Origin: Octopus sinensis
Taxonomy: Eukaryota
Assembly: GCF_006345805.1 (NCBI RefSeq)
Contig: NC_043002.1
Coordinates: 106,950,001-107,014,000, forward strand
Length of the DNA stretch: 64,000 nt
Direction of reading: 5' to 3'
Part shown: positions 51,501 through 63,815 of the stretch, in pieces
Numbering within the stretch: the stretch's first letter is position 1
Layout of the letters: each line of letters begins with the position of its first letter
Notes under the pieces: generated by a model
The model's input: only the letters and a program-made list of their open reading frames with translations
Told to the model about the DNA's origin: nothing
Databases searched by the model: none
Translations under genes and position numbers: made by a program

Positions 51501-51872
51501 CAGTTTGGTTAATTAAAATGAACAGAACTGCAACAGATAGTATGAAGGATGACTAGAGAAGAAGAAGAGGAAGGATGAGAGAGAGAGAGAGAGAGAAGAA
51601 AGGTTCATCATGGTCCAGCTGGTAAAGTGAAAGTGTGTGTGTGTAGAAGCAGGAGGAGGTTTATTGATCCAGTCAGAAGTCTAACACTGAAATGCACACA
51701 CACACACAAACAACCTACATTCCATCATATTGCACAGGTTCAAGCCTCACCTCACTCACTCACACCCCTTCATCTTCCAACCATCTCAGATCTGTAGGTT
51801 TATCAGACCGTAAAATAACGAACATGCAGTCAGCATATGTAACATCGTTTGCTTTCATTTCAGACATCAGTT

Positions 51873-51908
<36 letters not shown>

Positions 51909-52359
51909 TTTTCTATCTTGTTTCAGTCGGTAGACTGCTACCATGCTGGAGCACTGCCTCCAAGAATTTATAGTCGAATAAATCAACCCCTGTACCTTTT
52001 TTTCTGTTTTTTTCTTTTTTTTTTAAAGTCTGGTACTTATTCTATCGATCTCTTTTGCCAAACCGCTAACTTACAGGGATATAAACGCACCAACACCAGT
52101 TGCTAAGCGGTGGTAAGGGACAAACACACACGCAACAGGCTTTCAGTTTCCATCTACCAAGACCACTCACAAGGCTTTGGTCAGCCTGAGGCTTTAATAG
52201 AAAACACATAAGGTGCCACACAATGAGACTGAACTCAGACCCATGGAGTTGAGAAGCAAACTTCTTACCACACAGCTATGCCTGTGCAGGTATTTGCACA
52301 AACGCATGCAAATACACACACAGCCCTCCAGTAACTCACTGTGTGAAACTGGCATTTAC

Positions 52360-52590
52360 AAAATTCACAAATTCGGTTGGACAACTAAAGTTTCATCGAC
52401 AACTCCACCAAAGTTCCTCATTTACTGAGTCAAAGCCACTAATAAATCCACAAATGCAATGCACAGCTCCTGGTATGGTTGTTATAATTTCAATCCGAAA
52501 CTTCCTAGCAACAAGGCTCATGTCTCCTATAGCCGAGTCCCTGCAGAAGCCACACTGCGATGACCAGTGGTGTGATATTCCCTCATGTTG
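52360..52590 (-). mobile_element. Old RTE-type RT fragment
   Basis: Frame-shifted remnants of the SQCGF, CIAFVD and FDSVN motifs on the minus strand. Confidence 0.6.
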
Positions 52591-52689
52591 ACTGGACCTC
52601 AATCAGGACCCACAAGTGTTACATACTGCTGGACCAAACTGACTTATTTCCCTTATTCTTGTTATAAAATTGCACTATTATATTTCAGT

Positions 52690-53030
52690 GAAGGCACATG
52701 GCTCAGGGGTTAGAGCATCGAGCTTACGATCATGAGGCTGTGAGTTCGAATCCTGGACTGGGCTGCATGTTGTGTTCTTGAGCAAGACACTTTATTTCAC
52801 GTTGCTCCAGTTCACTCAGCTGTAGAAATGAGTTGCAACAGCATAGGTGCCAAACTGTATCGGCCCCTTTGCCTTTCCCTTGGATAACATCGGTGGCGTG
52901 GAGAGGGAAGGCCGGTATGCATGGGCGACTGTTGTTCTTTCATAAACAACTTTGCCCGGACTTGTGCTTGGGAGGGTAACTTTCTAGGTGCAATCCCATG
53001 GTCAGTCATGACTGAAGGGGGTCTCAGCAA
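52690..53030 (+). mobile_element. tRNA-derived SINE family F
   Basis: GGCACATGGCTCAGGGGTTAGAGC...GAGTTCGAATCC head and CTTGAGCAAGACACTT motif. Head fragments on minus near 28080-28200 and 47940-48085. Confidence 0.75.
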
Positions 53031-54039
53031 TATTTCAGTGAAGCAATGAAATGTTGTACAGAAGTAACCACCCTCTCTCAGGATCAACTGGAATACTGTC
53101 CAGTCAAAAAAGCTGTTATCTCTAAACCTCTCCCCTCAAACTCTTACAAAACATCTCCCTCTATCCTCTCTGTACTACTTATAATATCCCTAGTGTTCCC
53201 TATTTTCTTTAACTTTCTACCATCTTCCTTTCTTTCTTTATCCTACTTGGGTAACCAAGTACCTCCTCAATAATAAGAGGGCTATTGCCGTCCCTCTGTC
53301 ATACTCTAATCTCTTGGTTCCACTCTCTCTCTCTCTCAGCTGCAAGGTCCTTGTCTTGTGAGCTCATGAATGCTGGTGCCACATAAAAAGCACCCAGGCT
53401 GGTGCCATGTAAAAACCATCCAGTACATTCCATAATGTGACTGGCATTAGGAAGGGCATCTAGTCATAGAAACGCTGTTAAAACAGATATGTGGAGCCTG
53501 GTGCAGTGCTCCAGTTTTCCAGCTCCTATCAAACCATCCAATCCAAGCCAACATGGAAAACAGACATCAAATGATGATGATGGAAATGGTGAAGGCTGAG
53601 CACCTTAACAAAATTCTTCCATGATTGTCAGAGCCATAAGTTTAGGGCTTGCTTAGGGATTGGCTCAAATAGTCTCCTTGGTGCTCTACTAATGCGCACA
53701 GATCTTTCAATAAAGAAATGCTGTCTGATGGTGCCAAAGAATAAATCTCAAAGACGATAAGGAGTTTTTATTGCACCATAGAAATTGTCTTGCCTGTTTG
53801 CATGCATTTGAAATTCCTGCAACAACAAAAGCCTGCAAGGCCTTAAAATGTAAAGAGTGAACATAATTGTATAAAGTTACATGAAAAGTTGCTTTATTTT
53901 TATCTTTAAAACTTTGCCACTGAATACGTAGACAGTCATAGTAAATTCTAAAATAGCAATTAAGTAGATAAAACAGATACATAGACATATACACAAACAG
54001 ACATATGCACAGATTGTAGTTGTGATACCAGTGCACATA

Positions 54040-54395
54040 AAAGAACCATCCAAACATGACCGTTGCCAGCGCCAGCCTCGACTGGCCTCCGTACCGGTGG
54101 CACGTAAAAAGCACCAGCCGATCGTGGCCGTTGCCAGCCTCCCCTGGCACCTGTGCTGGTGGCACGTAAAAAGCACCAGCCGATCGTGGCCGTTGCCAGC
54201 CTCCCCTGGCACCTGTGCTGGTGGCATGTAAAAATCACCCACTACACTCACAGAGTGGTTGGCGTTAGGAAGGGCATCCAGCTGTAGAAACACTGCCAGA
54301 TGAGACTGGGCCTAGTGCAGCCTCCTGGCTTCCCAGACCCTGGTTGAACCGTCCAACCCATGCTAGCATGGAAAGCGGACGTTAAATGATGATGA
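54040..54395 (+). mobile_element. RTE 3' tail element with about 3 tandem units
   Basis: Repeated GGTGGCACGTAAAAAGCACCAGCCGATCGTGGCCGTTGCCAGCC and a (GAT)n tail. Confidence 0.85.
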
Positions 54396-54861
54396 TATAA
54401 AACTCAATATATGTTAAGAGAATGGCTGTAAGTTCAAGTTATAGACCAGTCTTCCATCTAGGTAGCTGAATCATTGCTTAAGAAGCAATAAGCTATTTGA
54501 TTTCATAAATAAGGAATGTTTTTGATGCAATACTTCCAAGAGAATCAATATTCCCAGACCATCCAAAGATTGTCAGCATTAAAATAAATTCATGTGATAA
54601 TTATTTTAGTTATCAATAAAACCCTGATAATGCTGGGTATTTGCAATAAAGGATGGTGATTATGATGATGATAAACACATGAGCAATTACCTGCATACAT
54701 ACACATATATATATATGTATATATATGTACGCATTTATATACACAAGTGTGTGTAGACACACACAAAGGTATCTATATGTATTTAAATAAAGTGATGAAC
54801 TGAAGGTGTATATGTGATATTGTACAAGAAGACTTTCCACAAATAGGAATATATATATATA

Positions 54862-56864
54862 TCATCATCATCATCATCATCATCGTTTAACGTCCGCTTT
54901 CCGCGCTAGCACGGGTTGGACGGTTTGACCGGGTCTGGGAAGCCAGGGGCCGCTCCAGGCACCAGTCTGAATCTGGCAGAGTTTCTACGGCTGGATGCCC
55001 TTCCTAACGCCAACCACTCCGTGAGTGGATTGGGTGCTTTTTACGTGCCACCTGCACAGGGGCCGGAGGGTCCGGCATCGTCACGATCGGATTCGAGCAT
55101 TTTAACGTGTCAGCGGCACGGGGGCAACGAGGTCCGGGGTACTTTGGGGATTGGGGTATTTTGGGGATCCAGGGTACTTTGGGGATCCGGGGTACTTTGG
55201 GGATCCGGGGTACTTAGAATGGGTAGGGGGGTACTTAGAATGGGTAGGGGGGTACTTAGAATGGGTAGGGGGTATGTGGAATTGCTGCAGAAAGCAGCCC
55301 GGGTCTTTGTAGTCACAGCATATCTCCAGAGATCTCGGTCCTTCGCCATTGTCTCAGTGAGGCCCAATGCTCTGAGGTCATGCTTGACCACCTCATCCCA
55401 TGTCTTCCTGGGTCTACCTCTCCCCCTGATACCTTCAACTGTTTGGGAGTGGCACTTCTTCACACATCTCTCTTCATCCATCCGCAGCACATGACCATAC
55501 CATCGCAAGCGTCGCTCTTGCACACCACATCTGATGCTTCTTATATCCAGCATTTCTCTCAGGATACTTACACTCTGTTTTGTGTGCACACTGACACTAC
55601 ACATCCAGCGGATCATGCTAGCTTCATTTCTTTCAAGTCTACGCATGTCTTCTGCAGTCACAGCCCATGTTTCATTACCGTGAAGCATGGCAGTTCGCAC
55701 ACATGCATCATATAATCTACCTTTTGCTCTGAGGGAGAGGCCTTTTGTTGCCAGTAGGGGTAGGAGCTTTCTGAACTTTGCCCAGGCTATTCGTATTCTA
55801 GTGGTGATACTCTCTGTGCATCCACCTCCGCTACTAACTTGGTCTCCCAGGTAGCGGAAACTATCAACTACTTCTAGTTTCTCTCCCTGGAGTGTGATGG
55901 AATCTGTTTTCTGAGTGTCTGTTGTGTCTATTGTCCCTGTGCATCTGCCGCACATGAAAGCTATCTTATCTGTTAATTTCCCTTTAATGTTGCTGCACCT
56001 CTTATGTGTCCATAACTTACATTGGGTGCATCTTATGGAGTTTCTACCTGTACCTTTCCTACAGGTTGAGCAGGGCCACCTACCCAAGGGGATGTGTGTT
56101 GAGTACCTCTTGCTGCTTACTAATACTTTGGTCTTTGCCACATTTATTCTAAGGCCCTTTGATTCCAACCCTTGCTTCCATACCCGAAATTTCTCTTCTA
56201 GTTCCGGTAGTGATTCTGCTATGAGAGCTAGGTCATCGGCATAGAGGAGCTCCCAGGGGCATCCCGTTTTGAATTCCTCTGTTATTGCTTGAAGTACTAT
56301 GATGAACAAAAGGGGACTGAGGGCTGAGCCCTGGTGCACACCTACTTCTACTCGGAATTTTTCACTATATTCGTTGCCAATCCTAACCTTGCTAACAGCC
56401 TCTCTGTATAGAGCCTGTACAGCCCTTATTAGCCATTCTTCAATCTCCAGTTTCCGCATCGACCACCAGATAAGGGAACGGGGAACCCTGTCAAAGGCTT
56501 TCTCCAAGTCTACAAAAGCTATGTAGAGGGGTTTATCTTTAGCTAGGTACTTCTCCTGCAGTTGTCGGACCAGGAATATAGCATCAGTGGTGCTTCTACC
56601 TGGTACAAAACCGAACTGCATTTCATCTAAACAAATTCTCTCCCTAATGAGATTGGTTATGACCTTCTCTGAGACCTTCATCACCTGGTCCAACAGTTTG
56701 ATACCTCTGTAGTTATTTCTATCTAGAGCATCACCCTTACCCTTGTAGCAGTTGACTATGGTACTGCTGCACCAGTCATTGGGTATGGCTCCATTGTGAA
56801 CTACCTGGTTTACAATGCGGGTGACTATGGCATGGCCCACATAGCCAGCTGTTTTAAGCATCTC
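54862..56864 (-). mobile_element. RTE-clade LINE, 5'-truncated, uninterrupted RT ORF (55110-56861) plus 3' UTR and (GAT)n tail
   Basis: ORF carries RT motifs (YKGKGD, NYRGIKLL, QFGF..GRSTTDAIF, FVDLEKAFD, GVHQGSALSPLLF, YADD), a C4HC3 zinc finger and an RTE-type C-terminus (RRLRWYGHVLRM...GRGRPRKTW). The 3' end reads ...GGAAAGCGGACGTTAAAC(GAT)n. Confidence 0.95.
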
Positions 56865-57973
56865 ATATTTAGAAAAAAAAACTGATTACAAACAACAAAA
56901 CAACAGCTATTCCTTAGTCATATTAAATCCATGGCCTTTTAAAGGCATCAGTGCTTGTTGATCTATCCCCCTTTATTTTACCCCACACAGTAGGTAACAC
57001 CAGAACTAAGCAGAGACAACATCCAAGGAAGACGGGAAGGAAGGACAAGACCAATTTTTATTACTGACCAACATATGTGTAGTAATAGTAAAACTCGGTG
57101 AGCGAGTGATCAGCTAGAGTGACTATAGCAGTGAATATAGCTAGAGTGGTGGTGGTGTGATGGAGGGGAAAAATAGCCAGTGGTGAGTAGCAAGCAAGCG
57201 AGTTGTTCCACTTGTGTCCGAAACATGTAGCACATCACCATCATTGCCTTCAACCAACAGAAATAATAGTACAAGGTCACCTATATTAGTTGTCTTTACA
57301 ATAATAAGCAACTAATTACTGCTTTCCTTCCTATATTTGGAGTTATTTCATTATTATTATTTATGGAAATTAAATATTTTGTAATATATTTTTTTAAATT
57401 TTGTTTATGTATTTTTTCAGATTTCATTTAAAAAGAAAAAAAAAAACAATTATATAACACCGTAAAAACTAAATTAATTTTAAAAAAATAATCACAATTA
57501 GATTACAAAAGTATTAAAACCATTAAAAAAAAAAAGGAAAAGCTATTTGAAATGTAATTTATGGCTTGTTAATAAATAATGATATATAACCAAGAGATAT
57601 ATTTGTTTGTGAAACTGATGTGCCTGTGGAGGGGGTTCAAATTATCACTAAGGTCGATCATTTCAGGCAACTGGGCGTTTTCAGATTTTAGCATCAAGAA
57701 AGGTTTTTGATCAATCCGAAGTGCTTTTATAGCATGTGTTAACACCTACACCAACCCACACTACCAGTTTCAGGAATGAATCATTAAGAAAACGAGTTTT
57801 CCCCACCCACTCTTGATTGTTTACAATTAAATATAAATTCAATTTAAATTTATTCCTGGGTTCAGAGTAAATTTAAGCAGAATAAAACTGGTGAAGCAAA
57901 AACAAAGGTTCATTTTATTGATACAAGGAGTAAGACATTATTAGATTTAGGGTGCATTATCACTATGCACATA

Positions 57974-58011
<38 letters not shown>

Positions 58012-58012
<1 letters not shown>

Positions 58013-58409
58013 TAGCAGTATCGCCCGGCGTTGCTCGGGTTTGTAAGGGAAATAACTATATAAGCATTTTTAGAGATGTAAAGTATAATAGCCATCTCAA
58101 TATGGCTAACCACAAAGTGGGGGTGTTACTGTAGCTTTTTACGTTCTGAGATTTAATAATAAATTTTTAGGGAGATACTTCCCTTATATATGCCAAAAAT
58201 GCATTAAAAATGGGAAAAATTGATGGTAAATTTTTTTTTAAATCGTAGACTCATCGTAGACGCGTGCTAATACCCAGAAGGGCTCGATATGAATCATGAC
58301 TATAAGATACCCGGTTTTGGTTAAACTGCACTGCAAAATGTGGGAGTAGTTAGGAATCTAAATCGTAGGAGACAGACAGCACACAACCTCTCTTTTATAT
58401 ATATAAAGA
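58012..58409 (-). mobile_element. Non-autonomous Helitron (second subfamily) in a (TA)n tract
   Basis: Reverse complement with the same termini. Confidence 0.8.
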
Positions 58410-58944
58410 TATATATAGAATTTTTATTTTTAGATATAAATGATGTACTCAAGTGTAGTTATGTTTTTAGCTTGTGCTTTTTCCATGATCATACGTGAGT
58501 ATTTTATTTATATCCCATCGAAAGCTCTACTGAAGAAAGAATATATCTTTTTTATAAGATTAATTCTGAAATTGATTCAATATAGAGATAACGAAATTTA
58601 AATTTTCTAAAGGTTAGTTGCCCGTTTTCAGTTTCAATTCTCCTGTAGCAAGCGGATTATAAGTGGATAAATCAGTGTATTGGCTTTAGAATAACCCTCT
58701 TTAGCCCTTAATTATATGATGTTTATACTTCAACCGTAACGGTTTTTTAAATATACTGCCCACGCTTCCTGATGGATTCCTTTTCTGTAGAGAAAGGGAC
58801 TTCATCCTATATTGCTAGTAGATATATATAGATATATATATATGCATATATATAGATATATATGAGTGTGTGTGTATATATATGTGTATATATGAGTATA
58901 TATGAATGTATATATGTGTGTATATATGTGTGCGTATGTGTGTG

Positions 58945-58982
<38 letters not shown>

Positions 58983-60279
58983 TTTATATACATACACACA
59001 CACATATATATATATATGCATATAACCCATGCTAGCATGGAAAGCGGACGTTAAATGATGATGATGATGATGATGATGTGGGCCAGCATATTTTTTTCAA
59101 TACAGGAAGCATGAAAGGTGGGATTGGAATTGAGAATAGAAAGACAAAGCAAAATTCTCTAATTGCTTAAATTCGGTGCCAAATGAATTGTTAAAGCTGA
59201 GTAGGACAGACCGACTTTTCTCTCTTTTATCTAGAAACGTTGATGATCATGTGTTGGGAATTTTGTAGGTGAATGACTTACATGGGTCATAGTTTAGAGG
59301 CATGTGCATAGATAGAGATTGGTGGGCACAACCTGCTGACACCGAAAGTGCTTCAGGATATAAACTTTAAAAGCTTTTAATGAGGACAAATGGCGCAAAT
59401 CTTGAATTTCACTTCATCTATGGGGAGTACAAAATAGAAATAAAGTACATATGTCAGGAGTGGTGATGATCAATGCTATGCGGTGACCTGACACTCCCTT
59501 CCCAAGCAGTCATCCTCTTTATGGAACATAGAGTATTATTGTTAGATCATTTGTAATGGTTTTAAGAAATTGTTATCTGAACTAACAGTAGCCTCAACTT
59601 CTGCTCTGGTCAAACAATCTATAATCAATGTTGTTGTTCTACTTATGACCATCCCTTCTCTCACACTATGTAAGACTACATTAGTATCCTTCCTAAGCTT
59701 GTGTGTTATTTCTAGGAGGTGAGGTGACCATTTAAGGCTATCTCTGAGTTTCTTGTATCAATAAGTTGGTTGTAAAGTAGGAACAGTAGGATGTGATTTG
59801 AGGCAGCAACATACAGAAGGTCAAGTGATAGGTTATCAGAAGTCTTGCTCATTGCTCGTATTTAGTGAGGGTCCTCACAAATAAGGAAATCAGCACAAAG
59901 GTCACAGCTTGTGCGTGTGTGTATGTGCATGTGACATTATATGAAAGTTGTAAAAGCCATGACGGTGTGTGATAATTGTAAATGAGTGTCACTATCACGC
60001 AAGCTGTGTCTGTTTCCAATCCTCCTTCCAAACATGTCAGGTCATTGGCGAATACATTTTACTTGGAAACAAGTGAGGGTTAGCAACAGGAAGGACATCC
60101 AGCCATAGAAAAGTGGATGTTAAACTGATGTAACTTTCCAGGTTCTGCATACTAAATTCACACAGAAGGCTTTGGGTGAGCCTGGGTTTTAGTAGAAGAC
60201 ACTAAACCAAAGAAGTGTGGTAAAAAGTTCACTTGCCAAGTGAACCCAAAACCAGGGGTTTAGGCTTTTACAACTTTCG

Positions 60280-60570
60280 AGTGAGGTTGATACCGGTGCT
60301 GCTGATCTGGCTCCTGTGCAGGTGGCACATAAAAAACACCATTTGAGCGTGGCCATTGCCAGTACCACCTGACTGGCCCTCATGCCGGTGGCATGTAAAA
60401 GCACGCACTACACTGAGAGTGGTTGGCATTAGGAAGGGCATCCATCTGTAGAAACTCTGCCAGATCAGATTGGTGCCTGGTGCAGTCACCTGGTTCACCA
60501 GTCCTCAGTCAAATCGTCCAACCCATGCTAGCATGGAAAGCGGACGTTAAGCGATGATGATGATGATGTC
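60280..60570 (+). mobile_element. RTE 3' tail element
   Basis: Same core and tail. Further copies seen near 12150, 13320, 13430, 17805, 19895, 23985, 24670, 34340, 37675, 37900, 41160, 42158, 42620, 44270, 46423, 49755, 53340 and 59020. Confidence 0.85.
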
Positions 60571-61714
60571 ACAGGCACACTGCCTCAAAACAATCAGATA
60601 ATTAATAAATGAGTGGAATTGAACCAGCGTGTGAGTGTGTGCTAATTATATCAGCATAATGACTCTTGTTAGCACGCCGGGCGACATGCTTTGCGGTATT
60701 TCATCTGCCGTTACGTTCTGAGTTCAAATTTCGCCGAGGTCAACTTTGCCTTTCATCCTTTCGGGGTCGATAAATTAAGTACCAGATACGCACTGGGGTC
60801 GATGTAATCGACTTAATCCGTTTGTCTGTCGTTGTTTGTCCCCTCTGTGTTTAGCCCCTTGTGGGTAGTAAAGATATAGGCATAATGACTGTCGTTAGAC
60901 AAAATTTGTTACACAAATTCAGATAAAGAATCTTGGAAACTAGACACAAAAACGAAGTGTGTGAGTGTGTTTGTTCGAACTACGCTTGTTGAAAGGCCCT
61001 GAATGAAGGTGCACAGCAGATTATGCTAGGTTGCATACGCGACGGCACATATTCTGTTCAGCAGAAACACGTGTCGGTCATTTTAACCAACTCATTATAT
61101 ATTCTATGACCAACAGTAAAACTAAAAGAAAAATTTTATGTACCAGTCTCCGTATTGTTTGTAACTGTTTAAAATGTGTGCATGTATGTATGTATGTATA
61201 TATATACACACACACACACACATTGTACGTACACACTTAAGTGTATTTGTGATTTTAGTAAGATAACAAGAGTAACGCCGTTAGGAGGAATAAAATTGAG
61301 AGTAGATAACAAAGTATAAAATACTAAAGAGGTGGTAATAGGTTGATGGATATTAAAAATGTTTACAAATCATTATATATATATATATATATATTTATAT
61401 ATGTAAGAGCGAGACAAACAGTGTATGTGCGTGTGTGTGTGTTTATATCTATATATATACACACACACCACACACACACCATACATCAATGAAGTAACTC
61501 TCGCTGACTGACCCCTGGTGGCCATTCAAAGAAATACTTTTACTACTTCAACTTCCTGTTAGTCTGGCAACCACTTCCAGTTTCAGTCAGCTGTCGACAC
61601 GTCAAAAGCACAGAAGTCGCTAACATAGCTCTCATCTCTCTCTCTCTCTCTTCCCCATTCTCTCTCTCTCTCTCTCTGAATACTCCCACTTCTTTTCTTA
61701 GTACGTATTGTGTA

Positions 61715-61748
<34 letters not shown>

Positions 61749-61814
61749 CGTGTATTCATTGCCTGCTTTAAAAGGCGTTTGTGTCGTGGGTACACGGCTG
61801 TTTTTACGCTTCTG

Positions 61815-61905
61815 TATGTGTGTACATATATGACTGAGGTTATGTGTGTACAAATATGACTGTGAGGTTATGTGTGTACATATATGACTGTGAGGTTATG
61901 TGTAC
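61815..61905. repeat. 26-28-bp tandem repeat, about 3 copies
   Basis: TATGTGTGTACATATATGACTG(TG)AGGT repeated. Confidence 0.8.
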
Positions 61906-62330
61906 GCATTGCTGTTTAGCTCCAAGTCAGCTCAGATCGAGCCGAGCTGCAATAAAAAATTTCCTTCCAACCTTGTCTACTGTTTTCCGTGACACAGTTC
62001 ACCTTGGACTGCAGTGTCCATTCTGTCCTGATTTTCTAAGCCAGTAGGATATATATATATAGATAACACTTGGCTGCTATTTCTGACAGGTCGAGTGGCC
62101 GCAGAGTGACGCTCACACGCCGGCTCCAAATATGAATTTATATTATATGTGGGTGTTCGTTTTGTGTGATCAAACATCCACACCCCTTTAATATCGAATT
62201 TCACTGATTTCAGTTTGGTTTACTTGTAAACCGCAACATTGACCGATCAGCTGGGTTGGGAGAGGAATGCAAATTGAAGATTTTGAATGTACGATAAGAG
62301 GAAAAATCTATATTGCACCCATGCTGCAAC

Positions 62331-62413
<83 letters not shown>

Positions 62414-62663
62414 CAATAATACAATAATAAATCTCTGAGCGAGAAGTATATAATAGAAGTCCGGAATCGTGATGTATATTTGCCACCTAAATGTGGCGGA
62501 CCCATAGGGGACAATGCTACTGTTGTTTATAGCCCCAGGAAGACATCTCCTCCAGCTGGCTAACGACACACTGCATCTGATTTGTATTTGCGAAGGGGAA
62601 TCATCGCTCCCATCTCTAGCCTTACGTGTTACACACAGACCCGGGTTTCTGAGCATATATATA

Positions 62664-62715
<52 letters not shown>

Positions 62716-62807
62716 AGGAGAGTTCACGAAAAAAAAAAAAAAGACGAAGACAGGTGGTGTACAAAACAAACAGATGTATTAGTATAACGCTCAGGAATTG
62801 AAAAAGT

Positions 62808-62843
62808 CTTTTACGTTTCGAGCCTACGCTCTTCTACAGAAAG
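62808..62843 (-). ncRNA. Minimal hammerhead-like motif (third family; core position 6 is U)
   Basis: CUUU-CUGUAGA-A-GAGC(GUAG)GCUC-GAAA-CG-UA-AAAG, inside a ~190-bp repeat at 62705-62895. Confidence 0.5.
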
Positions 62844-63439
62844 GGACACAGAAAAAAAAAAGAAAAGGAGAGAAAAAATGTGTGTAGTGGCTAGAGAGAC
62901 GACACTTCAATACTATGGGAAATGGGAATCTGTGGTGTTCGTGCTGCGAAACACATGAAGGAGCTTTGTATGTGGTCGTTCGACCTGCTGGAAATGGCAG
63001 ATGAATTCCCTTCAAAATACATCCTGCTATCTTTGAAAAGAAAGGACACAGTGGGTAATATAGTCTGATAAAAACTCTGAAAAGACGAGGTGGTCACAAA
63101 CGGGATACAGGTCAACATTGGACAGACTCATAAGGGATCATGACCTTAAATGGGACTAACAACAGCTCGAATATTCTCACAATTCCTGTTCCATTATACA
63201 CACACACACACACACATACATAAATCTTTTACTTAGTTCAGTCATTAGACGGCGGCCATGCTGGGTCACTGCCATGACTTTTAGTCGAATGAATCGACCC
63301 CAAGACTTATTTTTTAAAAAACCTGGTACTATTCTAGCAGTTTCTTTTGCTAAGTTACGGGGAAGTGAACAAACCAACATCGGCTGTCAAGCGGGGAAGA
63401 CGGACAATATATGAGTGAAGAATATATATACACAACACT

Positions 63440-63584
63440 AAAACATATGTGTTTGTTGTGTGTGTGTGTATATTATATATATATACATACATATACATAC
63501 ATATATATATACATACATATATATATACATACATACATATATATATACATACATATACATACATATATATATACATAATATACA

Positions 63585-63617
<33 letters not shown>

Positions 63618-63778
63618 TATATATACATACATATATATATATATCATACATATATATACATATACATACATATATATAACATATACATACATATATACAT
63701 ATATAACATACATATATATACATTACATACATATATATACATATACATACATATATATATATATATAATATATATAAC

Positions 63779-63815
<37 letters not shown>

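Noticed and set aside
57600-57720. Minus-strand frame ..AQLPEMIDLSDNL.. as a possible GGNBP2 first exon
   Set aside because: Only superficial similarity to RQIPLYIDDTLT; no MARLVAVC motif and no suitable phase-0 donor.
59452-59493. GTGATGA...CTGA with a terminal TGTCAGG/CCTGACA stem, resembling a C/D snoRNA
   Set aside because: Only ~20 nt between the boxes, too short for a C/D guide RNA.
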